From: Squalus acanthias
Taxonomy: Eukaryota
DNA length: 64,000 bases
Direction of reading: 5' to 3'
Assembly (NCBI GenBank): GCA_030390025.1
Contig: CM059433.1
Span: 620,001 to 684,000, forward strand
The notes under the pieces are model-generated. The model saw only the letters and a list, made by a program, of their open reading frames with translations. It was not told where the DNA came from and did no database searches. Every line of letters begins with the position of its first letter. Position 1 is the stretch's first letter. The position numbers and the translations under genes were made by a program. Positions 36,018 through 47,298 of this stretch are shown in pieces.

Positions 36018-39000
36018 CGAGTTTCTCCGCTTCCACCACTTCCATCGGCAGCGAATTCCAGGTCATCACCACTCGCTGCGTAAAAAGGTTTTTCCTCACA
36101 TTCCACCTGTATCTCTTGCCCAAAACCTTAAATCTGTGTCCCCTAGTCCTTGTACTATCAACTAGCGGGAACAGCCTTTCCCTGTCTAGCCTATCCAAAC
36201 CTGTCATAATCTTGTACACCTCTATCAAATCACCCCTCAACCTCCTTTGATCTAATGAAAACAAATCCAGCTTCTCCAACCTGTCCTTGTAGCTAAGTTC
36301 CCCCATCCCCGGAACCATTCTGGTAAATCTCCTCTGCACCCTCTCAAGGGCCTTCACATCCTTCCTAAAGTGTGGTGACCAGAACTGGATGCAATACTCC
36401 AGTTGTGGCCTAACCAGCGCTTTAAATCCATGTAGACAACATCCATTGCATTCCCTTCATCAATCCTCTCTGTTACTTCATCAAAAAATTCAATTAGATT
36501 AGGCAAACACGATCTTCCTTTTACAAACCCATGTTGGCTTTCCTTAATTAGCTTAAACCTCTCCAAATGCCCGTTAATTTTTTCCTTGATTATTGTTTCT
36601 AAAACTTTACCCACCACTGACGTTAAACTGACCGGCCTGTAGATACTAGGATTGTCCTTACACTCTTTCTTGAACAATGGTGTCACATTTGCCACTTTCC
36701 AATCCTCAGGCACTTCCCCCGCATCTAGGGAAGATTGGAAAATTATGGCAAGCCCTTCTGCTATCTCCTCCTCCAATTCCCTTAGCAACCTGGGATGCAA
36801 GCCATCTGGACTAGGCGACTTGTCCACTCTAAGCATACCCAGCCTTTCTAGTATATCCTGTCTATCAATTTTCACTCCTTCCATTGCTTCTACCTTTTCC
36901 ACTTCTATCGATATCTTGTCAGCATCCACCTCCTTAGTAAACACCGATACAAAGTACTCATTGAGTATTCTAGCCTTGCCCTGCGCCTCTAAGCAGATAT
37001 CACATTCTTTGTGTCTAATAGCTCCCACCCCGCCTCTTACTACCCGTTTACTGTTTACATGCCGGTAGAAGATTTTTGGGTTCCCTTTTATTTTAACTAC
37101 CATTCTACTCTCATATTCTCTCTTTGCCAATCTTATTTTCATCTTCACATCCCCTCTCAACTTATTGTATTTGGTCTGGTTCTCCCTTGAAGAATTCACC
37201 TGACATGCATCATACACCCTCTTTTTTTGTTTCATCATCTTCTCTATCTCCCTCGTCATCCAAGGAGCCCATGCTTTGGTTCCCTTATCCTTCCCTCTTG
37301 TTGGAATGCACTCTTTTTGCTCCTCAACTCTAACCAAATGGATTCTGTCCTTGTCCCCTCAAGAACATCCTCCCTTTCCAACACTACAACGTCTTCCTTA
37401 ATCAGCACTGACACCCCACCTCCCTATTTTCCTTCCCTATCTTTTCTGAACACCTTGTACCCTTGAATATTAAGTGTCCAGTCCTCACCATTTTTAAGCC
37501 ACGTTTCCATTATTGCCACAACATCATATTGCCACATGGCTAATTGTGCTTGTAGCTCACCAACCTTATTCACCACACTGTGCGTTTACGTACATGCATT
37601 CTAAACCCATTTTTGAATTTTTTTTAGTCTGCTCCTATCTAATATGGTACTACTACTGCCTCTAGTACTATCCAACACAATCACTCTTTTATGCACCTTA
37701 TTCCTCTTTTCTACTCCTATATGCTGGTGCCCATCCCCCTGCCAAGCTAGTTTAAACCCTCCCCAATAGCACTAACAAACCTCCCCGCAAGAATATTGGT
37801 CTCGGCTCTGTTGAGGTGTAACCCGTCCGGCTTGTACAGGTCCCACCTTCCCCAGAAATGGTCCCAATGCCTCAGGTATCTAAAGCCCTCCCTCCTGCAC
37901 CATCTCTCCAGCCATGCATTCATCTGTTCTATCCTCCTATTCCTGTACTCACTAGCACGTGGCACCGGGAGTAATATGAAGATTACTACCTTTGAGGTCC
38001 TACTTTTTAATCTCTCTCCTAGCTCCCTCTCATCTGCCTGCAGGACCTCATCTCTCTTTCTGCCTATGTCGTTAGTACCGATATGGACAACGACCTCTGG
38101 CTGTTCACCCTCCCCTCTCAGAGTGTCCTGCAGCTGCTCAGTGACATCCTTGACCCTGGCACCAGGGAGGCAACATGCCATCCTGGAGTCACGTCTACGG
38201 CCGCAGATATGCCTGTCTGCTCCCTAACTATCGAATCCCCTATCACTATTGCTCTTCCACTCTTTTTCCTCCCCGCCACTGTGCAGCTAAGCCACCCGTG
38301 GTGCCGTGGACTTTGCTCTGGCTGCACTCCCCAGAGGAACCATTGCCCTCACCAGTACTCAGAACAGAATACTGGTTGGAGAGCGCGATGCACTCCGGGG
38401 ACTCCTGCACTACCTGCCTGGTCCTCTTCTTCTGTCTGGCGGTCACCCATTCCCTCTCTGTCTGCATACTCTTAAGCTGCGGGGTGACCACCTCTAGAAA
38501 CGTGCTATCCACGTAACTCTCAGCCTCGCGGATGCACCGCAGTGACTCCAGCCGCCACTCAAGCTCCGAAACCCGGAGCTCGAGCTGCTGTAGCTGGCGA
38601 CACTTCCTGCACATGTGGTTGTCCAGGCTACGCAAAGCATCCAGGACTTCCCACATGGCACAGGATGTGCATTCCATGGGAATGAGCTGCCCTGCTATGC
38701 ATCTATTTAATAGACTAAGAACTAACTCAACAGAAATAAACCTGGAACATTTAACAAAAAAACACTCACCAGCTCCTTCCCTTGTGCTGATGTCACTTTT
38801 TATACTCTGACGTCACTCTCGGATTCTGCCTCTGTTGAGTTGCTGCCTCTCTCGCTCTGCTCCCGCTCTGGTCTCGCCCAGCTCCGCTGCCTCCTCCCAA
38901 ATAAGTCTAGACTTATTTTATTTATTTAATTAGTTAAAGTCTTTAATCAACGATTATTTGTAGTTATACTAATTAGTTTAACTAGTTAAGCTATAAATTT

Positions 39001-39190
39001 AATACAGTACTCTGTAGTTTCCTGCTCCTAGTTTAAATCACTGTCCTAGGTTAGAGAGAAAAAAACCTTAATACGCACCAATCACCTACTTGCTGTCCTG
39101 TGACGTCACACCTTGTTTTTTTGGACTCCTGGATTTTTTTCCTCTCTACTCCAGTTCCCGGCTCGGTCCGCTCCCCCTCGGCTGCTCGTG
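36018..39190 (-). mobile_element. CR1 LINE (copy D, same ORF2 family as copy B) with 5' UTR, esterase ORF1 and internally deleted ORF2
   Basis: ORFs 38246..38677, 37747..38181 (HIGTND, DGLH), 36354..37337 and 35995..36357. The RT core is deleted at about 36420. Confidence 0.88.
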
Positions 39191-40180
39191 GTTATCTAGC
39201 CTCCCCTTAAATGCATCTATACTATTCGCTTCAACCACTCCCTGTGGTAGCGAGTTCCACATTCTCACCACTCGCTGGATAAAGGAGTTTCTTCTGAATT
39301 CCCTATTGGATTTCTTGGTGACTATCTTATATTGATGGCCTCCAGTTTTGTTCTTCCCTACAAGTGGAAACACTCTCTCTGTATCTACTCTATGAAAACC
39401 TTTCATGATTTTAAAGACCTCTATTAGACCACCCCTCAGCCTTCTTTTTTCAAGAGAAAAGTGACTCAGCCTGTTTATCCTTTCCTGATAGGTATAACCT
39501 CACATTTCTTGTAAATCTTTTTTGCACCCACTTCAGTGCTTCTGTAACCTTTTTATAATATGGCGACCAGAACTGTACATCGTACTCTAAGTGTGGTCTA
39601 ACCAAGGTTCGATACAGGTTTAGCATAACTTCTCTACTTTTCAATTCTATCCATCTCAAAATAAATCTTAGTGCTTGGTTTGCTTTTTATTATGGCCTTA
39701 TTAACCTGCATTTAGAAATTTGTCTATTTGTGCTCCCAGATCCCCTTTTCTCCTCTACCCCATTTAGATACATATTTTCCAAGTAATACGTGACTTATTT
39801 TTCTTACCAAAATGTATATCTCATACTTATCTGTGTTGTATTTCATTTCCAATTATATGCCCATTCTGAAAGTTTATTAATTTCTTCTTTTAGTTTGTTG
39901 CAGTCCTCCTCAGCTTTGACTATCCCCCCAATTTAGTGTCATCCGCAAATTCGAAATTGTGTTTTTAATTCCAATGTCTAAATTGTTAATATAAATTGTG
40001 AACAATTTCACAAGTGGTCCCAGCACTGATCCTTGTGGGACCCCACTTTCTACCTTCTGCCACTGTGAATTTGCCCCTACTCTCTGCTTTCTGTCTTGCA
40101 GCCAGCCAGCAATCCTACTTGTCCCCTGACTCTGCATGCTCTGACCTTATTTATTAGTCTATTATGTGGCACGTTATTGA
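39191..40180 (-). mobile_element. Older CR1 ORF2 fragment
   Basis: GVPQGSVLGP (ORF 39910..40137), LVRPHLEY, FIQRVVRMWNSLP. Confidence 0.85.
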
Positions 40181-40619
40181 ATATAAAGTAATCATTCAGA
40201 TTTACCTTTTCCATACTGTTTACTATCTTATACAACTTCGAGGGAAAAGGGACCATCGCTTTTGGTTGGTTTCTGATCTTCTAGATGCAGCAGCACTACC
40301 TCATTTACTTTATCACACTACTTCCTAGAGCATAAACACTATTTAAAAAACCCCACTTATGACCTTATCTTTAGCAATCTTTGTTCCTAGAAGTTTTATT
40401 AACCTAGAATATTCCTTCACTGTTGCCCCTTTAAAAGAAAAAGTTGCACCCATGGTCTCTAGAGGGAGTTACATAAAAGTTTCCTGAGTCTGCTCAGTTG
40501 CAGTCCCATTGGTCAGGCATTGGTGTAAAACGGATGTAAGCAGCTGAACTACCTGGAAATTTTGGTGCAGCCTTTAAAAAGCCAGTTCAGCCTCAACTCT
40601 TCAGCAGCTTACTGGGGAC

Positions 40620-40880
40620 AAACAGGAAAGAAAGCGAAAGAGTTAACGTTTCAGGTCAATGACTGAGCTAGAAGAAGTTAGAGATTTGACAGATTTTCTT
40701 AAAAAAACTTTTCTTAAAAACTGTTAAATCTCTTAACTTGGTCCCGTTCTGATGAAAGGTCATTGACCTGAAACATTAACTCTGTTTCTCCCTCCACAGA
40801 TGCTGCCCGACCTGCTGAGAGTTTCCAGCATTTTCTGTTTTTATTTCAGATTTCCAGCATCCGCAGTATTTTGCTTTTGT
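40620..40880. mobile_element. Penelope-like element remnant: inverted termini with a minimal hammerhead motif (40746-40780, +)
   Basis: GTT-CTGATGA-a-AGGTCA-t-TGACCT-GAAA-catt-AAC. Inverted partial copy at 40639-40663 and inverted arms gaagttagagatttgacag / ctgttaaatctcttaactt. Confidence 0.7.
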
Positions 40881-40949
40881 TTAAGAAAGTAACAGTGCTT
40901 GGCTCTTTGGGACAATAGGAGAAGTTGTTACATCATTTTAGATGTTTTC

Positions 40950-41730
40950 TTGGTGTCTTATTTGACCCCGAGATGAGCTCCTGACCACATATCCGCGCCA
41001 TCACTAAGACTACCTACTTCCGGCTCCGTAACATCGCCCGTCTCTGCCCCTGTCTCAGCTCATCTGCTGCTGAAACCCTCATCCATACCTTTGTCACCTC
41101 CAGACTTGACGATTCCAACGCACTCCCATCTTCCACCCTCTGTAAAGTTGATGTCATCCAAAACTCTGCTGCCCATGTTCCTAACTCGCACCAAGTCCCG
41201 TTCACCCATCACCACCACTAAGCAACGCCTCGATTAAAAAATTTTCATCCTTGTTTTCAAATCCCTCCATGGCCTCGCCCCTTCCTATCTCTGTAATCTC
41301 CTTCAGCCCTACAACCTCCCAAGATATCTGCGCTTCTCTAATTCTGGCCTCTTGAGCATCCCTGATTATAATCACTTTGGTGGCCGTGCCTTCAGCTACC
41401 AAGGCCCTAAGCTCTGGAACTCCCTTCCTAAACCTCTCCGCCTCTCTATCTCTCTTTCCTCTTTTTAAGACGCTCCTTAAAGCCTACCTCTTTGACCAAA
41501 ATCCACCCTTACATCAGTGATTATACTTCAAAAGTACTTCATTGGCTGTAAAATGCTTTGGGATGTCCTGAGGTCACAAAAGGCGCTATATAAATACAAG
41601 TTTTTCTTTTTTAATATTGACTTATGTGGCTCTGTGTCAAATTTTGTTTGATAACGCTCTTGTGAAGAACCTTGGGAGGTTTAACTATTTTAAAGGTGTT
41701 AAATAAATGCAAGTTGTTGTTGTTGTTGTT
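40950..41730 (+). mobile_element. L2-type LINE 3' portion (with a SINE tail at 41505-41610)
   Basis: HTFVTSRLD.SN-type and caaaactctgctgccc motifs; ends aaatgcaag(ttg)n. Homologous to 51755-52240. Confidence 0.7.
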
Positions 41731-42458
41731 TCCCGTGGGCATTCACACACAAGATGTTGGGGACAACTGAATTAATGCATACACAGTATTAGGTTGTCTG
41801 ACTGGGCCTCCACCTAACCAGTTTAATGGAAAGGTCTACTGGTCTCCCCCTGGATGGTGTAAGAAGTGGTAGGTATAGTCCTCAGCTTCCTATGTTGAAA
41901 AGCAACAAGAGAAGATTGAAACACATGTTCAAGGTCAGATCTAACAAAGGCTATGAAAGGTAGGCATAGCCGAGGGCCGCGATTTTGCCGGTGCTCAGAG
42001 GGTGGGTTCGGAGGCGGGTCAGCTGTTAAATTCGAAATGATTGACGGGTTGGGAATCCGCCGCGATCCTGCCTCTGTGTGAGTTTCCAAAGTGTCGGGTC
42101 TGCAATTTCAGAACAGACCCGAAACCAAGCGGCAGGTGAGGGATTTAAGATACTTAACTCCTTGTTAACTGCTATTTTGACAGCCTTTTCCTATTTGCGC
42201 ACATTTTCAACGGGTTTCACGACATTCGGAGATCACATCAGATAAGTGTGTCGGGAGGATCAACGAGCTGAATAGTTCACAGCTGCAACTGCAGTCTAAA
42301 AGCTGCACTCTCACATCTGTTCAATTTCAAATGTCAGAGGTCGCTGATTTCAGGATTTGGAAGACAGATTTGATCTGTCTTGAGGCTGTAAGTGTGTGGT
42401 CACCTCCTTAGAGTAATCTCTCTCCCCATTGACTGAATGCTTATAACATCTCATCCTA

Positions 42459-43560
42459 AGAACATAAGAACATAAGACATAGGAGCAATAAGATCATGGC
42501 TGATCTGATTTTGGCCTCAACTCCAGTTCCCTGCCCGCTCCCCATAACCCTTGACTCCCTTATCGTTCAAAAATCTGTCTATCTCCACCTTAAATATATT
42601 CAATGACCCAGCCTCCACAGCTCTTTGGGGAAGAGAATTCCAAAGATTCATGACCCTCTGAGAGAAGAAATTCCTCGTCATTTCCGATTTAAAAGGGTGC
42701 CCCCTTATTCTGAAATTATGCCCTCTAGTTCTAGATTCCCCCATGAGGGGAAATATCCTCTCTGCATCTACCCTGTCGAGCCCCTTCAGAATCTTATATG
42801 TTTCAATAAGATCCCCTCTCATTCTTCTAAACTCCAATGAGCATAGGCCCAACCTGCTCAACCTTTCTTCATAAGACAACCCCTTCATCTCCGGAATCAA
42901 CCTCGTGAACCTTCTCTGAACTGCCTCCAATGCAAGCATATCCCTCCTTAAATAAGGAGACCAAAACTGTACGCAGTACTCCAGGTGTGGTCTCACCAAC
43001 ACCCTGTACAGTTGTAGCAAGGCTTTCCTACTTTTATACTCCATTCCCTTTGCAATAAAGGCCAACACTCCATTTGCCTTCCTAATTAGTTGCTGTACCT
43101 GCATGCTAACTTTTTGTGATTCATGTACAAGGACCCCCAGATCCCTCTGTACCTCAGCATTTTGTAATCTCTCCCCATTTAAATAATAATTTGCTTTTTT
43201 ATTTTTCCTACCAAAGTGGATAACCTCGCATTTTCCCACATTAAACTCCATCTGCCAGATTTTTGCCCACTCACTTAGCCTATCTATATCCCTTTGGAGA
43301 TTCTTTGCATCCTCCACACAATTTGCTTTCCCACCTATCTTTGTATCATCAGCAAATTTGGCTACATTACACTCGGTCCCTTCATCCAAGTCATTAATAT
43401 AGATTGTAAATAGTTGAGGCCCCAGCACTGATCCCTATGGCACCTCACTAGTTACAGTTTGCCAACCTGAAAATGACCCATTTATCCCGACTCTCTGTTT
43501 TCTGTTAGTTAGCCAATCCTCTCTCCGTGCTAATATATTACCCCCAACCCCGTGAGCTCT
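42459..43560 (-). mobile_element. 5'-truncated CR1 inserted in the Harbinger element
   Basis: ORF 42517..43428 (303 aa, FADD to the C-terminus) and an (agaacata)n tail at about 42459-42480. Confidence 0.92.
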
Positions 43561-43589
43561 TAAACTCCTCAACTGCCATATGTAACAGC

Positions 43590-44810
43590 AGAATAGGAAC
43601 CATTTATACTCTCTCACCTTGGTCCTCAGAATCTGAAGAGGATCGCCGCGGCAGCAGCAGAACCAGGCACACCAGCAGCACCAACAACAAGAGAGCCAAC
43701 CTTCTCCTGAGCCACCTGATGCTGCACAGGGCAGAGGCCGTCAGCGCAGGGTTGCACCGCGCCACAGGAGATGCCCCCAACACAGGGTTTACAGGCAGAG
43801 GATGAGCTTCCTCAACATGACTGAGCAGCAGTGCCAAAGGAGGCTGAGACTTTCGCGACAGGTTAGGGTTAGGCTCAATCAAGACCTGCGGCCCAGAGGA
43901 GCAGGTGGACACGCCTTACCAGTGGCTGTCAAAGTCACCACCGCCCTCAACTTCTTTGCGTCAGGGTCCTTCCAGGGATCAGCAGCAGACATCAGCGGCA
44001 TCTCCCAGTCGGCCGCCCACAGATGCATCATGCGGGTTACTGATGCCCTCTATGCCAATTACATCCACTTTTCCACTGATGAGGCTAGTGTTACCGTGCG
44101 GGCGCTCAGCTTTGTCAATCTGGCTGGCTTCCCACGGGTGCAGGGCGTCATCGACTGCACACGTGGCCATCAGGGCACCTCATCAGAACCCAGCAGCATT
44201 TGTCAACTGCAAGGGCTTCCACTCCCTTAACGTGCAGCTGGTGTGCAACCATAGGAAGAGCATCATGCACGTGTGCGCGAGATTCCCTGGCAGCCGCCAT
44301 GACTCTTGCATCCTGTGCCAGTCCAATGTCCCTTAACTCTTCGCTCCGCCAAACGAACTTTCTGGCTGACTCCTTGGAGACAAGGGCTATCCCCTGAAGA
44401 TGTGCCTAATGACACCGTTTAGGAGGCCATCAAACGAGTCTGAGGAGCATTACAATCAACGTCACATTACCACCAGAAGTCTCAAAGAGCAAACAATAGG
44501 GTTGCTCAAAAAGCACTTCAGATGCCTGGACAGATCTGGTGGAGCTCTATAGTACGCCCCAGCCAGGGTCTCCAGAATCATTGTTGTCTGCTGTCCCCTG
44601 CACAACATTGCACTGCAGCGAAGATTAGCGCTGCCTGAGGAAGAAGGCGTAGAGCGCACAGCCTCTTCAGAGGAGGAGGGGGAGGAGAAGTAGAATGAGG
44701 TCACAGATGAGGAATACCTGGAAGAGGTGGCTGACCCAGTGCGACCAGCACGCGAGCACATTGCTGCCTATGATGCCAGGAATGGCCTAATCAATGCCAG
44801 ATTCACTTAC
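43590..44810 (+). pseudogene. Harbinger (HARBI1-like) DDE transposase, frameshifted
   Basis: [79 protein letters not shown], followed by an acidic tail. Confidence 0.88.
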
Positions 44811-45096
44811 ATTTATGCAGCACAGATATGTGGTGGCCACATGCACATGAAGGTTGCCATGATCACACTTCAACACCATAGAGTATCTCTTCAATGATCT
44901 GTGCATTCCTTGTATTGTCAGCACCTTTGCTGGACATAAAAGGTGCCCTCACCCTTCACTGTGCCACTTAAAATTATGACCACACATATGGCAACGAATT
45001 CAAACATTCACAGAACATTAATTTATTACAACAGAATAAAAGAACAGAAACTTAACATTGATTTCTAGCAGAACACCCAAGTGAGTACCCTTGTGA

Positions 45097-47298
45097 CTAT
45101 TTACGTGGTAGCTTTCTCTTACGCATGCTTCTACGAGGTGCTACCCCTGTGGCTTCAGCAGATGTAGAGGCAGGCTGCTCACTTCCCTGCTGCATCTGCT
45201 TGGATGCCTTTGGCAGTCGTCCTCTGGGTTTTGGAGCCTGTGAGAGCCTCGCCAAAGTCTGCTCCTCCTGCAACTGCACAGGGGCAGACTCGGCCATCAC
45301 TGTTCGGGGAGGCATCTGGGGTTCTGACTGAGGGGTTGGCAAGGGGATGGCAGTTTGAGCGCTTGGCGAGGAGCCCCCACTTCCATGTCCCCTCCCACCA
45401 TCATCCCTCTCATGGGCCACCCGCACTTCTCTGCTAGCAAGTAGCTGGAGAGCAACTTGCTGCACATCAGTGGGGCCATGAGGACCCGTCCCTGTACTGA
45501 CAGTCCTCATAATGGAGATGTCTATGAACTTCTGGTTCCTCTCCGCGATAGATGCCCATCTATCCTCCATAGATGACCATCTACTTAGAAGTGTTACCAT
45601 GTTCTCCTGTGTCTGGCGATTTATGTCCTCCATGGAAGTTGCCATCCTTTCCATGGCGGTACCTACATTCGCCATTGCGTGCACCACAGCATTGCTCATG
45701 TTTGACATGGACTCCTTTCTCTGGACACTTGCAGTTACTGTGGTTGCAAACCCAGTCAGAGCCTCCTGCACTTGTTCCTGAAGCTCCAGCACCGCTCTCT
45801 TTCTGGATGGCCCCAGAGGCTCAGCGTCTGCATACAGCTGAGCAGAGTCAGGAGCATCCTGCGGCCTCCGACAAGGACTCTCCACTGCTGTCCCTGTCTC
45901 CACCATCTGCTCTTGCTCACTCGTGCGTTGTGATACACCAGGTGACTACTCTATCTCGCATACGACCCACCGAGGTGTGTGTCTCTGCGCTGGTGCTGGG
46001 CGTGCTCATTTCTGCTGACACTGCTCCCTCAGAGGCTGCAGGATCCTCTGAGGAGTCCTCTGGCTCTTCCTCGTGGACAGTAGGGAGGGGGACTCTTGAT
46101 GGTCCTGTGGGAGAGTAAAGACATGAGTTAGACATGTGATATGCAGATTGCAGACACATCCCATTGTGCACATGATGAGCATTCAATTTCTATTGACATC
46201 AGATCCCATATGAGTCACTCATGAATGCCAAATAAGATGGATGAAGAATTATTCTGTCACCAGGTTGTTCACCTGAGCCCCTCTCTCCGTCCCCCACTTC
46301 GAGCTCTTCAACTGTTCCCGCAATGTCGAGAGCGGCCTCCTCAGCGTGGGTGAGCTGTGATAAGGATTGTGGTCCTCCTCCTGTTCTCTCCCTCTCCCTC
46401 TTATTATGAGCTCCCTTTTCCTGCAATGAGGGAAAGAAGTGGAGTTTCAGTGAGAGTGATGGAATGAGTGTAAAGAATGGATAGGATAGATGTTTAGAGG
46501 GAGACTATGATGGAGTAGGTTCCCAATACCAAGTTTCCTCCTTTTCAGTTGTTAGTTGTTGTCATTGCATAACATTGAGGGTGGGTGTGAGGGGTGCATA
46601 GTAAGATGGGGAAGTGATTCTGTACATAGGGAGAGAGGGATGGGTGATGGTGCAAGGGATGTTGGGGTGAGTTAGGATGTGCAGGAGTAGGGTTGGCAAT
46701 TCAGAGTGATGGGGATGTGATGACAGGCGAACGTAAAAATGACACCTCTCTCAGGTGGACGTAAAAGATCCATTGGCACTATTTCGAAGAAGAGCAGGAG
46801 AGTTATCCCCGGTGTCCTGGCCAATACGTATCCCTCAACCAACATAACAAACACAGATTATCTGGTTATTATCACATTGCTGTTTGTGGGAGCTTGCTGT
46901 GCGCAAATTGGCTGCTGTGTTTCCCACAATACAACAGTGACTCCACTTCAAAAAAAGTACTTCATTGGCTGTAAAGCGCTTTGAGACGTCCGCTGGTCGT
47001 GAAAGGCGCTATAGAAATGCACGTCTTTCTTTCTTTTTAAGTGTGCTTTTATACTCACTTTTCCAGAACACAGGAGATCATTGAACCTCTTCCTACACTG
47101 GACCCAGGTGCGACTCAATAGACACCTTGCAGTGACCTTCTCAGCTATTTGCAGCTAGGCTGCCTTTGTCTGCTGAGGAGGTTTCCTTCTTCCATCACCT
47201 GGGTATAGGACCTCCCGATGTCCTCTGACTCCCTCCACAAGAACATGGAGGGAGTCATCGTTGAAGCGGGGAGCTGCCTTTGGTCTCTCTGCAGACAT
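45097..47298 (-). pseudogene. Harbinger Myb/SANT-like DNA-binding protein; 3 exons (47298-47059, 46420-46261, 46104-45097)
   Basis: Exon 1 hand-translated as MSAERPKAAPRFNDDSLHVLVEGV...KAA*LQIAEKV...RTWVQCRKRFNDL. Phase-compatible GT-AG introns; exon 2 contains ERTGGG. One stop codon in exon 1 and a frameshift near 45915. Confidence 0.82.
46745..47035 (+). mobile_element. 5'-truncated Deu-type SINE in intron 1 of the Myb gene
   Basis: Homologous to 50495-50790. Confidence 0.8.

Noticed and set aside
43590..44810. Domesticated host HARBI1 gene
   Set aside because: It has frameshifts and stops and lies within TIRs alongside a Myb partner, so it is a dead transposon copy.
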